This document shows positions 1 to 9,371 of a stretch of 64,000 nt of DNA, piece after piece. The stretch covers positions 3,520,001 through 3,584,000 of the forward strand of contig OZ253564.1 in assembly GCA_965262915.1 (NCBI GenBank), given 5' to 3'. The first letter of the stretch is position 1. Every line of letters starts with the position of its first letter. This stretch comes from Candidatus Spongiisociaceae bacterium (GTDB lineage Bacteria > Actinomycetota > Acidimicrobiia > Spongiisociales > Spongiisociaceae). The translations under genes were made by a program, and so were the position numbers. A model generated the notes under the pieces. It saw only the letters and a list, made by a program, of their open reading frames with translations, did no database searches and was not told where the DNA came from.

Positions 1-1376
1 GCAGCGATGGCATCGTCGAGCGCAACACCCTGGCGGATGACCAACTCGAACTCGAAACCATCGGGCGATCCGGCCGCCGCTAGATGCTCGTGCGCCTTGT
101 CGGGGTTGTACTCGTAGACCCAACTGTCACCGAGGCCGAACAGGTCGAACACCCTCGCGTTGACCGACATCGGTCCCTCAGCGTGGACGGCATGGCCCTT
201 CAACACGCCGTTGACTATTGCGTCGTAGTCGACGGCGTAGGCAAGCGCCCTGGCAAGATCCGCGTTGTCGAACGGAGGTTGCTCAGTGTTGAGCATCACG
301 TTCATGGTGTTCCGGTCCGGTATGGACAGGACCCTCACACCATCGGATGCCCCCGCCAACTCCAACTCTTCAGCGGACATGTCAAGTGCAATATCCACGT
401 CGCCGTTCTGAAGAAGAGCGAGACGGTTGGAACTCTCGGGTACGACGAGCAACTCGACGGTGTTGAAATATGGTTGCCGCCCGGGCCAGGTCGGATTGGC
501 CGTCAGGACCATCTTGGAGCCGCGTTCCCAACTGTCTAGGACGTAGCGGCCATTCCCGGCAAAGTTCTGCGACAGCCATGTGGCACCCCACGGATCGTCG
601 TCGGTGGAGTTCTCCGCGACAGCCACGGAGTCGATGACACCCATGCTCTGGTCCCTCATCAGAGGTAGCACGATGGTCGATGGCCGGATGTCATGCAGGA
701 TGAGCGTTTGGTCGTCCACCCGTTCGACCTGGTCCATGCCGTGCAGACCGATGTTGCCCCACACCCAGGCCGGTCCCGAGGGAAGCGCGAAGGCCCGCTC
801 GATCGTCCAGATGACATCGTCGGTCGTAACCGCGCGGCCGCTGGACGGGAACACCAGACCTTGCCGGAGCTTGAGGGTCAGCTTCGTGCGATCGTCGCTG
901 AAGTCCCAGTTCTCGACCCAGCCGCCCTCGAAGGCGGTGGTGTCGGCGTAGGAGTAATCCCCCTGGGACGGTCCCGGCAGGTACTGGACCGACTGCATGT
1001 AGGTGTTCTTGAGAACCAGGTTGGTCAGGTTCGCTTGCCCGAAGTTGGGATCGAGGTGCTCGACATCGTCCTTCATGGCGATACGGAGAGTCCGGTCCTC
1101 CTCCACCATCACTTCGACGGTCTCGGTAACCACCACTTCCACTTCCTCGGTCACCACCTCGGTGACGGTCTCCGTCTCGGTCACGATCGACGTGACAACC
1201 ACTTCCACTTCCTCGGTCACCACCTCGGTCTCGGTCACGACCTCGGTGACGGTCTCCGTCTCGGTCACGATCGACGTGACAACCACCGTCTCGGTGGTGC
1301 CACAGGCGGTCACGACCAGAGCCAAACCGAGCAGAGCCGCCATGATCGGTGGCGTCCGTTTCCAAAGCATCTTCAT
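1..1376 (-). CDS. ABC peptide/nickel-family substrate-binding lipoprotein (SBP_bac_5), 3' end runs off the window
   Basis: Not in the ORF track; translated by hand: MKMLWKRTPPIMAALLGLALVVTAC (lipobox), V/T/E linker, RTLRIAMKDDVEHLDP...TLKLRQGLVFPSSGRAVTTDDVIWTIER...RLALLQNGDVDIA...PPFDNADLARALAYAVDY. SD GGAGGAGG upstream. Confidence 0.9.
   Translation of the reverse strand, partial: MKMLWKRTPPIMAALLGLALVVTACGTTETVVVTSIVTETETVTEVVTETEVVTEEVEVVVTSIVTETETVTEVVTEEVEVVVTETVEVMVEEDRTLRIAMKDDVEHLDPNFGQANLTNLVLKNTYMQSVQYLPGPSQGDYSYADTTAFEGGWVENWDFSDDRTKLTLKLRQGLVFPSSGRAVTTDDVIWTIERAFALPSGPAWVWGNIGLHGMDQVERVDDQTLILHDIRPSTIVLPLMRDQSMGVIDSVAVAENSTDDDPWGATWLSQNFAGNGRYVLDSWERGSKMVLTANPTWPGRQPYFNTVELLVVPESSNRLALLQNGDVDIALDMSAEELELAGASDGVRVLSIPDRNTMNVMLNTEQPPFDNADLARALAYAVDYDAIVNGVLKGHAVHAEGPMSVNARVFDLFGLGDSWVYEYNPDKAHEHLAAAGSPDGFEFELVIRQGVALDDAIA
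1132..1284 (-). repeat. Intragenic imperfect tandem repeat encoding a VVVTSIVTETETVTEVVTEEVE linker
   Basis: Two copies of ACCACTTCCACTTCCTCGGTCACCACCTCGGT...GGTCACGATCGACGTGACA; the second carries an 18-bp insertion. Confidence 0.85.
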
Positions 1377-1411
1377 ACTCGCCCTCCTCCAGGCTGGTCA
1401 ACGATCCGTTA

Positions 1412-1441
1412 ATCATATTTGACACACTGCGCGATCCGCAA
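1412..1441 (-). promoter_or_regulatory. Putative sigma70 promoter for the SBP_bac_5 gene
   Basis: Minus strand TTGCGG-18 bp-TATGAT, ~35 nt upstream of the ATG. Confidence 0.4.
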
Positions 1442-1501
1442 TTGGAGAGGGTGGGGTCCGTTCTAAACGGCACGTGTCCTTCAACCGATCGGAAGCGGCT
1501 G

Positions 1502-2257
1502 CTACTCCCGGTCGGCCATGAAGCTCTCCCACCATGTTTCGCACAGGTCCTGTATGTCTCCTTGGGCAGCCCGGTAGTCGTACCAACTGTTCAGCCAGTT
1601 CAGGAATCTCGGATCCCCTGGGCGAATGGAGACCTTGTTGTGTTCAGTCGAGAGGATCACCAGCGTGCCGTCCGGCTCCCGCAACAGCGCCAGTTCCGGA
1701 TTGAGCTCGAGGTATCGCCGTGTCACGGCGTCCCCGACGATGGCATCGACGCTTCCGTCCAGCAACAGGCGGGTCGGGTTCGAGGCGTCAACGATGTTTG
1801 CCGTGGGGAAGAAGCGCTCGGCGACGTCTCTATTGCTCGATCCATGCCACACCCCGATTCGAAGGCCCTCTCGATGCAGCGACTCGATCCCGTCGCGGGC
1901 CCTCTCAGCCGGTACCTGGCATGTGATCCGTATTTGCATGAGACGGCCCATGACGAACTCCACCTGCAGTGCTCGCTGCGGGATGAGGGTGTGTTTGGGG
2001 AGAAGGTCCACCCGGCGGTCAAACAGAGCGGGGATCTGGTCCGGCCACAGAGTCTCGATGATCTCGAGCTCGACGCCGAGGTCCGACGCGATCATCGCTG
2101 CTACCCGAGGAGCTACCCCTTCGGGCTGGCCAGTCTCGGGGTCTCGGTACATCTCGGGCGGATCGCCCGTGTCGGGGTGACCTAGAAACTCGATCGGAAT
2201 CCTCAGGGAGCCCCGGTCCAGAATCTCGTCCAGGGTCGATTCCCAGTCGACAGCCAT
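1502..2257 (-). CDS. SBP_bac_3 (polar amino acid binding / PheC-like fold) protein without a signal peptide
   Basis: STLDEILDRGSLRI...DPETGQPEG...WPDQIPALFDRRVDLLPKHTLIPQRAL. AGGAGG SD before the ATG at 2257. Confidence 0.85.
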   Translation of the reverse strand: MAVDWESTLDEILDRGSLRIPIEFLGHPDTGDPPEMYRDPETGQPEGVAPRVAAMIASDLGVELEIIETLWPDQIPALFDRRVDLLPKHTLIPQRALQVEFVMGRLMQIRITCQVPAERARDGIESLHREGLRIGVWHGSSNRDVAERFFPTANIVDASNPTRLLLDGSVDAIVGDAVTRRYLELNPELALLREPDGTLVILSTEHNKVSIRPGDPRFLNWLNSWYDYRAAQGDIQDLCETWWESFMADRE

Positions 2258-2316
2258 ATCTTTCCTCCTGCAATACACCCGGCGGAACGCAACTCCACGT
2301 ATGGTCGACACTCTAG

Positions 2317-2420
2317 GAGGGTGGTCTAAAAGGGTGGGGAGCAACGGCCCGTCGTCCTCTGAACAGGCATTGTGTCATCAGACGACGAGCCAACCGCTAC
2401 CACCGTTGTTGAGCATTGTC
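2317..2420 (-). mobile_element. MITE family A, diverged copy in reverse orientation
   Basis: Aligns by eye to the reverse complement of the 28923 and 47953 copies (GGCCCGTCGTCCTCTGAACAGGCATTGTGTCATC...GCCAAC). Flanked by CTAG/CTAA. Confidence 0.7.
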
Positions 2421-2635
2421 CTAAAACGCAACTCCCACCCCACCAGAACCAAGCCGGAGACCCATGGCATGGGCGCCATGGGGAGATCCCTCAGCAAGCC
2501 CGCGGGTGCATCAGCCACCCGAGGCGCTAACCGAGACTATCGCGACGAGATCTGACCGCTGAGCACCGAGCCCGGGCGACCCACGAGTCCGAGTGTACGA
2601 TTCTCCCTCCGAACTGAGATCAAATGGGAGGACCG

Positions 2636-3049
2636 ATGCCCGTCATAAGACTCGCCGATGTACCGGAGGTCGCCCAGATAGGGCCCGACCGGGACACGAT
2701 CGTGATGAAGAAGGTCATCGGATCCGCAGAACGCGACCCCGCTTTCGAAATGCCGGACGAGACGCCGTCGTTGAGCATCACTCACGTCAAGATCTGGGGA
2801 AGCCTCCAGCGCACCGCGAATGAGGAGACCGATCGCGCGATGTTCATCGTCGATGGAGATGGAGTTGCCCGGGTCGGTGACGAACGGTCTCAGCCATTCG
2901 GTCCCGGCGATTTCATTCTCATCCCTAAAGGAGTGCCCTACGAGTGCAACGGAAACTTCACTTACCTGGTGATCAACAGTCCTGCTTACCGTGAAGGAAC
3001 CGATGTGGCCGACCCTGCCTACGACAGTGCACCGGTGAGACACTCGTAG
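2636..3049 (+). CDS. Cupin domain protein
   Basis: MFIVDGDG...FGPGDFILIPKGVPY cupin pattern. GGGAGGA SD before the ATG at 2636. Confidence 0.8.
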   Translation: MPVIRLADVPEVAQIGPDRDTIVMKKVIGSAERDPAFEMPDETPSLSITHVKIWGSLQRTANEETDRAMFIVDGDGVARVGDERSQPFGPGDFILIPKGVPYECNGNFTYLVINSPAYREGTDVADPAYDSAPVRHS

Positions 3050-3280
3050 GGGTCTTCAGCGTTCCAAAGACGGCCTGGCAGTTCGCTCCTGCCCGGAAAC
3101 ATGGCGTACAGGGTTCACTAACTCGATCTCTGACCCGCCCCCCACATGGGGGGCTTCCACACCAGGCCAAAACGAGAGGGTAACCTCCGACAGTAGGCCA
3201 AGCTTCGCCGTCGGCCACCCACCAGGGTTACGGTCGCCAACCCCTACCGAGTCAGAGCAGAGAACAGGATCGTTCGACCG

Positions 3281-4300
3281 TTGAACCCGACCACCAAGGG
3301 GACGCTGTGGGCCGTGGCCGCGGTCGCCACCGGCTCCTGGTTGCCTTTGTTCTACTTCTTCAGCCATGTGAGCGACGACCCCTTCGTGTGGCGCTCCTGG
3401 CTGCTCACCTTCCAGGTGGTGGCGTTGCTCCCGGCGTTCGCCCTGATACCGAGCAAGAAGAAAGATTGGAAGGAGAACGCCCGTCGGCTGCTGTCCTACT
3501 GGGGAGACGGGGGAGAACCCGTTCGCGTCAAGAGCCCGAGGGAGGTGGTACGAAGCCCGGCGTTTTGGATGGTGATCTCCTTCACGTTCGACCTGGCTTT
3601 CTGGGTTTGGGCGGCGACTCTGATCGACCCGCTGGTGGTGACCATAATCTTCCAACTCATGCTGATCGGGGTGGTGTGGTTGGCGGCGAGGCTGGGCAGG
3701 AAGATATCGTCCGGACATCAGGCGTCCCCGCACGTCATAAGCGGCAAGCACTGGGCGCTGATACTCCTCTCCTTCGTGGGCGCCGCCCTCGTCATCTGGT
3801 CGGAGACGGGCGCGGTCAGCGCCCTGAACTGGATGGGAATAGCCGTTGCGTTCGTAGGCACCGCCACCGCCACCGGAAGTCTGTGGGGAACCGTCTCCAC
3901 CGGACGCCTCCTGGGATGGCCCGGCGGCAACCCGCACGATCTGGTATGGAACGCCACTTTCGCGGCGGTGGCCGGACGGGTTGGCGCCCTTCCCCTGACC
4001 CTGTTGGGAAGCGTCCTGTTCTTCCCACCGACCGGCAACAGCTTCGACCTCACCTGGACGATCGTGGGTCTCCTAGGCCTGACCGGAGTGTTCAACGCGG
4101 TCGGAGCGCTGAGCCACCGATACTCCCTGTATGTGACCTCCAGTTTGAGTGTTCAGCGGATCATGTTCTTCTCCCCGGTCCTTCAGATGCTCTGGTTGTG
4201 GATCTTCGCCGATGTCTCGATCACCAACCCCCGAGCCCTCCTGATCGGCGCCGGAATCGTGCTCCTCTCCAATGTTGGATGGCAGACCAAAGCCGTGTAA
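3281..4300 (+). CDS. EamA/DMT-family membrane transporter
   Basis: 339 aa with about 10 hydrophobic segments; SPVLQMLWLWIF...LIGAGIVL C-terminus. Confidence 0.7.
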   Translation: MNPTTKGTLWAVAAVATGSWLPLFYFFSHVSDDPFVWRSWLLTFQVVALLPAFALIPSKKKDWKENARRLLSYWGDGGEPVRVKSPREVVRSPAFWMVISFTFDLAFWVWAATLIDPLVVTIIFQLMLIGVVWLAARLGRKISSGHQASPHVISGKHWALILLSFVGAALVIWSETGAVSALNWMGIAVAFVGTATATGSLWGTVSTGRLLGWPGGNPHDLVWNATFAAVAGRVGALPLTLLGSVLFFPPTGNSFDLTWTIVGLLGLTGVFNAVGALSHRYSLYVTSSLSVQRIMFFSPVLQMLWLWIFADVSITNPRALLIGAGIVLLSNVGWQTKAV

Positions 4301-4444
4301 CCAAACCCCACTCACAGGCCGGCTGCACCATGTTGATCAAGGAACGCACCGCGCAAGACGCCCTTCGCCAGACCCGGCGGTCACTGCGTTCGGCATCCGT
4401 CAAGGCTTTGATTTGACGGCCGACGCCGTATCGTTCGGGAAGTC

Positions 4445-5968
4445 ATGTCTGCTCTAGTAACCGATCTCCTGGACAGGTCGGCTCGTCTGTATCCCGATCG
4501 GCGCGCGGTCCGGATCGTGGGAGGGACATCCCTCACGTACGCGCAGTTGTCGCAGCGGGTGGAGAAGGTGGCGGGGGCATTGGCACGGTTGGGCGTCGGA
4601 AATGGCGACCGGGTGGCGGTGATGGCGCCCGCCGGATTGGCGTTCTTCGACGCTTATCTGGGATCCGCCTGGCTGGGCGCCGCCGCGGTTCCCCTCTCCA
4701 CCCGGCTGGCGCCGGCCGAAATCGCTGGACAGCTGTCCGACGCCGATCCCCGCGCCGCGATCGTAGGGGCAAGCTACGGCGACAGGGTGTTGCAAGCCTC
4801 CCTCGGTGGGATGATCGTGATCGAGCACGACAGCCCCGAGTACCGCCGCCTGCTCTCCTCGTCCGACTCCACTCCGGTAGCCGCCTCCCCGGAGGACACC
4901 ACGTTGATCATCTACACCAGCGGCACAACCGGCGATCCCAAAGGGGTGTGCCTCTCCCACGCCGCTCTCACCTTCAACGCATTCGTGACTGCCGTCTCAC
5001 AGGATCTCCGGCATTCGGATGTGTACCTCTCGGCCACTCCCCTCTATCACGCATCCGCGGGACTGCGAGTGATCACGATGCTGGTGGACGGCCAGACCCA
5101 CGTCGTGCTCCCCTCGTTCGATCCCGAGGCCGCCATCTCGACGATATCCGGAGAGGGGGTCAGCTCCACCATCATGGTGGCCACCCAACTGCAGAGGATC
5201 CTCGATTCGCCCCGTTTCGATCCCGACCACTTCCGTTCCATGCGGCTCCTGCTCTACGGAGCCGCTCCCACCCGCTCCAACCTGGTGGAGAGGATGATGG
5301 CTTCGCTTCCCTGCGGCCTCTATCACGGCTACGGGTTGACCGAGGCTGCCGGGGTATGGGCTGCGCTCGGGCCGGAAGAGCATCATCGTATGGTCGGGAG
5401 TGAAGGATCAGCACTGTCGTGCGGTCGTCCCATCCTGGGAGTAGATATGGCTATCCGCCCCCCCGAAGGTAGGGAGGCCGAACCCGGGGAAGTGGGAGAA
5501 CTGCTGGTTCGTACCCCCAAACTGATGTCCGGCTACTGGAGACAGCCCGAAGCCACTGCCCGGGCTATTCAGTACGGCTGGCTCCATACCGGTGATCTCG
5601 GCTATCGCGATGCGCACGGATACATATACCTCTCAGGACGCACCAAGGAACTGATCATCAGCGGGGGCGTGAACATCTACCCACCGCAGATCGAAGGCGC
5701 CCTCTCCCATTACCCCCAAGTGGCGGAAGTTGCGGTGATCGGCCTCCCCGACGACCAATGGGGGGAGGCTGTGACGGCGGTGGTGGTGCCCCGGCCGGGC
5801 TCCTCCCCGACGTTGGCGGAAATCGCCGACTGGGTCGGCGCCCGGCTCGCCGCCCATATGAAACCCAAGCGGTTGATACTCACCGACCGACTGCCCCGCG
5901 GCGCCACAGGCAAGGTCCAGAAGCATCTGTTGGTCGAATTGCATCGCGGTGGGGAGGGCTCTAGATGA
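4445..5968 (+). CDS. AMP-binding acyl-CoA ligase
   Basis: YTSGTTGDPKG, GYGLTE, WLHTGDLG, GRTKELIISGG, GKVQK motifs. Confidence 0.95.
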   Translation: MSALVTDLLDRSARLYPDRRAVRIVGGTSLTYAQLSQRVEKVAGALARLGVGNGDRVAVMAPAGLAFFDAYLGSAWLGAAAVPLSTRLAPAEIAGQLSDADPRAAIVGASYGDRVLQASLGGMIVIEHDSPEYRRLLSSSDSTPVAASPEDTTLIIYTSGTTGDPKGVCLSHAALTFNAFVTAVSQDLRHSDVYLSATPLYHASAGLRVITMLVDGQTHVVLPSFDPEAAISTISGEGVSSTIMVATQLQRILDSPRFDPDHFRSMRLLLYGAAPTRSNLVERMMASLPCGLYHGYGLTEAAGVWAALGPEEHHRMVGSEGSALSCGRPILGVDMAIRPPEGREAEPGEVGELLVRTPKLMSGYWRQPEATARAIQYGWLHTGDLGYRDAHGYIYLSGRTKELIISGGVNIYPPQIEGALSHYPQVAEVAVIGLPDDQWGEAVTAVVVPRPGSSPTLAEIADWVGARLAAHMKPKRLILTDRLPRGATGKVQKHLLVELHRGGEGSR

Positions 5969-6074
5969 TCACCAACGCCCTCCGCGACGATCCGACTGCC
6001 GCCCCGGTAGTCGATCGAGTCGTGATGGAAGGAAAACCCGCGAGACAGCGCAGCGGATGCAAGAACCTGCCGGA

Positions 6075-7217
6075 TCAGCCCACCCAGGCAGCCAACCCTT
6101 CGAGCAGCCGGTCGATGTCAGACGGAGTATTCCACATATGAGCGGAGACCCGCACCGAATTGCCCCGCACCGAGACATGGACCGAACGCGACGCCAGTTC
6201 AGACGCCAGTGACCGCGGATCGGCGCCTTCCGGCAAACGCAGGCCCATCAGGTGGGCACTCCGGAATTCCGGCCTGGGAGTCCTGAACCCCAGAAGAGCA
6301 GCTTCCTCAGCCAGTCGGTCGGTGAGTGACCGGCTGTGGGCCGACAGGCGGTGGCTTCCCACCCCGGTAACTATCTCAAGGGCCCGGCACGAGGCTTCGG
6401 TCAGCCACAGGTTCCAGGTCTCGCCGGCGTCATAGCGGCGGGCTCCTGCGGCCAACTCCCACCGGTACTCGTTCACGCGGGAGAAGTCTTCGCTGCCCGC
6501 ACGGGCCATCCAATTGGCGTCGATCGGTCTTCCTTGCCGATTCTCCGGCGAGGCCCACATATAGGAGATCCCTGGAGGACCGAGGAGCCATTTGTATCCG
6601 ACCGACACCACGAAATCAGGACGAATCACCCTGACGTCGAAGGGCACCATCCCCAAGCTCTGGGAGATGTCCACCACCAACCGGGCTCCTACCGAACGGG
6701 CCGCTTCGCCCACCGTCTCCAGATCCAGTCGGGTCCCGTCCGTCCAGTGGCATGCCGGCGCCGACACCACCGAGATCGTCTCATCGAGGCGGTCGACCAG
6801 GGCTCTGGTCCAATCGTCGTCGGTAGGTCGCTTCAGAAAGACCGGCTGGGCACCCTGCTCCGTCCAGGGATAGACCATGGCCGGAAACTGCTCCGCCAAC
6901 ATCAACACCCGGTCACCTTCACCAACGTCAAGGGCCGCGGCCGCAGTTGCCACGCCGTAGCTGGCGGAGGGAACCAGCGCCACTCCTTCGGCATCTCCCC
7001 CCACCAATGAGGACACCTGTTTCCTGATCCGATCCCCGGGAGCGAAGAAGTCGGAGACTCTCACCTCCGACAGTGGCCGGTTCACGGACGCCGCCACCGC
7101 CTCGGCCACCGGCTTGGCCCGGGCACCCAGATAGGCACTGTTCAGCCAGGCGACATCACCGGGGAGATCGAACAACTCCGGAGCCGGTAAACGCAAATCA
7201 GAAAAGGACGTGATCAT
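6075..7217 (-). CDS. Aminotransferase class V PLP enzyme (cysteine desulfurase/kynureninase/EgtE-like)
   Basis: WLNSAYLG, HWTDG, DISQSLG, GYKWLLGPPG (PLP Lys), VRVSAH. Confidence 0.9.
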   Translation of the reverse strand: MITSFSDLRLPAPELFDLPGDVAWLNSAYLGARAKPVAEAVAASVNRPLSEVRVSDFFAPGDRIRKQVSSLVGGDAEGVALVPSASYGVATAAAALDVGEGDRVLMLAEQFPAMVYPWTEQGAQPVFLKRPTDDDWTRALVDRLDETISVVSAPACHWTDGTRLDLETVGEAARSVGARLVVDISQSLGMVPFDVRVIRPDFVVSVGYKWLLGPPGISYMWASPENRQGRPIDANWMARAGSEDFSRVNEYRWELAAGARRYDAGETWNLWLTEASCRALEIVTGVGSHRLSAHSRSLTDRLAEEAALLGFRTPRPEFRSAHLMGLRLPEGADPRSLASELASRSVHVSVRGNSVRVSAHMWNTPSDIDRLLEGLAAWVG

Positions 7218-7227
7218 CGATCCGGTA

Positions 7228-7506
7228 TCAGTCCGTGGGTTAGACCAGCGTGACTCCTCAAGAGGCCACCCCCGGCGAACTCATCCGGGAGGAAACCATC
7301 CCGCTGAACATCTCCGTGGGAATCGAGCACTCCTCGCAGGCATCGGTTCCCGCCACGATGTCCACCCGCAGGCCTTCCCCGTCCAGCAAGCTCACCTCCA
7401 ATATGTACCCATCGGCGGCCAACCCGGATGAGACCGGGCTCAGCGCGAAGAGGGCCGACTCGACGTCGGGCTGTCACGTTCCACTCGTATCCCGAAGGTC
7501 AGCCAT
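7228..7506 (-). pseudogene. NifU-C-like CxxC small protein pseudogene with three in-frame nonsense codons
   Basis: GGAGG SD, then MADLRDTSGT*QPDVESALFALSPVSSGLAADGYILEVSLLDGEGLRVDIVAGTDACEECSIPTEMFSGMVSSRMSSPGVAS*GVTLV*PTD*. Confidence 0.65.
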
Positions 7507-7532
7507 CGGGCGGTTCCTCCAATCCCGAACCC

Positions 7533-8297
7533 CTACCGCATGTAGCTGGCGCCGTTTATGTCGATCGTTGCGCCCGAAAGGTGGCGGCAGTCTCCTCTGG
7601 AAAGGAAGACGACCAGCCTGGCTATCTCCACCGGGGGAATCCACTCACCCATCGTCAACTGAGCGGCCGTAGCCTCCTCGCCCCCCATTGACTTCGCCGC
7701 GTCTATCGCCATGTCGGTACGAACCATGCCGGGCGCGATGTTGAAGGCGAGCACCCCTTGACGGGCATAGTCGCTCGCAACCGCCTTGGTGAGCGCTGTC
7801 ACCGCCCCTTTGGATGCGCTGTAGGCGGCCGTCTGGGCTTTTCCGGCCCGGTAGGCAAGCCAGCTGGAGAGGGTTATCAGGGTCCCCCCACCGTTCGCTA
7901 CGAAGTGGTGTACAGCTTCTCGGGTTATCCGGGCCGGCTCGTATAGGTTCACCTGCATCGTCAGACGCCATATTCGGTCCCACTCGTCGTCGGAGCCGTC
8001 CCAGTCGAGCGAGGTGAGGATGGCGGCGTTGTTGACGAGCACGTCTATCCGTCCGAATCGATCTAACGCCTGGTCCCAGACCAGCCTGCCGGCGCCGGGC
8101 TCGGAGAAATCTGCCTGGACGAGCAGCTTCCGGTCGGGCGGCAATTCCTCCGTGGCAGACTCGGCCCCCGACAGCATGCGGGAATAATGAGCTACCACCG
8201 TCGCGCCGGCCCGGCCCACCTCGCGGGCGATCTCAAATCCGATGCCGCGGGAGGCCCCGGTGACCAGAACGACCTTGCCTTTGAGGGCTTCTCCCAT
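7533..8297 (-). CDS. SDR family oxidoreductase
   Basis: TGASRGIG, VNNAA, YSASK, PGMVRTDM. Confidence 0.95.
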   Translation of the reverse strand: MGEALKGKVVLVTGASRGIGFEIAREVGRAGATVVAHYSRMLSGAESATEELPPDRKLLVQADFSEPGAGRLVWDQALDRFGRIDVLVNNAAILTSLDWDGSDDEWDRIWRLTMQVNLYEPARITREAVHHFVANGGGTLITLSSWLAYRAGKAQTAAYSASKGAVTALTKAVASDYARQGVLAFNIAPGMVRTDMAIDAAKSMGGEEATAAQLTMGEWIPPVEIARLVVFLSRGDCRHLSGATIDINGASYMR

Positions 8298-8439
8298 ATT
8301 TCCCTCCCGTAGGGCTGCCTAGCGCTGCCACGCCTGCGCTTCGTACAAATCCGGCCAACAAGACGGAACGGCCGGGGCCGCGACGATACACTCGGTCCCA
8401 GTGCATGGCATATCGGTGGAAACCCACCCGACGGTCGTG

Positions 8440-8596
8440 GTCTGTCTGTAAAACGGCGGCGTGATATGCGTCGGCAGCGGCGTTTCTCGCAAGGCCCGCC
8501 GACGAAGGCATACCCACAGCGGTACGTCGAGGAGGCGGAACGCAGCGAGGGGCGCCGATGGCAAGCAGAGCACGGCAAGTTGTTTTGCAGACAGAC
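8440..8596. mobile_element. MITE family B, full-length copy
   Basis: Terminal inverted repeats GTCTGTCTGTAAAAC ... GTTTTGCAGACAGAC. The right end is shared with the copy at 49263. Confidence 0.7.
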
Positions 8597-8610
8597 GACA
8601 AGGAGGACGC

Positions 8611-9333
8611 ATGAGAATCCGGTACATCGAACCGATAGGGATCGACATCCACGTCCCGCGCGCCGTCTCGGTGCTCGAGAAGCACGCGTCGAGCGGGGTT
8701 TTCGTCGAGGTAGTTCATCTGGACCTGCCTCCGGAGCTGGCCGGTCCGATGCTGCCCCCGGTTCCGCTCTACATGAACGAGTTGATCGCCACGGTCCTCC
8801 AAGCGGAGGAGGACGGCGCCGACGCAGCCATCATCGGATGCTGCTCCGACCCTGCCCTGATGGAGGCACAGCGGTCGGCGAAGATCCCGGTGATAGGTCC
8901 TCTGCAGGCCGCCGCCGCACTCGCAGCAGGACGGGGCCTCAACATCGGGATCCTCTTCCCCGACGAGCACGACTGGCAGATCACCGCCAACTGGGTGCGA
9001 CGCAACCTCCGGGCCTACGGACTGTCGGATGTGGTGAGCGACATCGCGTTCGTGCCGATGCATGTCGAGGGCGAGGACAGCCTGATCGGCAACATGGAGG
9101 TGACTGCGGAGATCGTCGAGGAACGGTTCCGCCGCCAACTTCACGAACTCGGAGTGCCGGCTGCCCGGGCGATGCTGGAGCGGGGCCCCGTGGAAGCCAT
9201 CCTCTTCGGCTGCACCATATGGGGTGGCATGATCCGGGAGGTGGCCCACCTGATAGACGCGCTGTGCATCGACCCGATGGTCGCGTCACTGCACCTCGCC
9301 GAGGCCCAAGTCCGAGCATCCCAGTTGTCGTAG
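8611..9333 (+). CDS. Asp/Glu/hydantoin racemase family protein
   Basis: IIGCCSDP and FGCT catalytic Cys motifs. AGGAGG SD before the ATG at 8611. Confidence 0.85.
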   Translation: MRIRYIEPIGIDIHVPRAVSVLEKHASSGVFVEVVHLDLPPELAGPMLPPVPLYMNELIATVLQAEEDGADAAIIGCCSDPALMEAQRSAKIPVIGPLQAAAALAAGRGLNIGILFPDEHDWQITANWVRRNLRAYGLSDVVSDIAFVPMHVEGEDSLIGNMEVTAEIVEERFRRQLHELGVPAARAMLERGPVEAILFGCTIWGGMIREVAHLIDALCIDPMVASLHLAEAQVRASQLS

Positions 9334-9371
9334 TTGCCGGTGGCCGGTGGTTAGTGGGAAAGCGGCACCCC

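Noticed and set aside
693-1473. His-rich, Ser/Thr-rich and RDRDG repeat ORFs
   Set aside because: Shadow frames of the V/T/E linker of the SBP_bac_5 gene.
7250-7330. HigA-like PGELIREE...PLNIS peptide on the plus strand
   Set aside because: It is only a short match, antisense to the better-supported NifU-like pseudogene; no HTH follows and there is no HigB.
7228-7506. Selenocysteine or alternative-code read-through of the in-frame TGAs
   Set aside because: The TGAs are not at Cys positions, a TAA also interrupts the frame, and TGA is a normal stop throughout the window.
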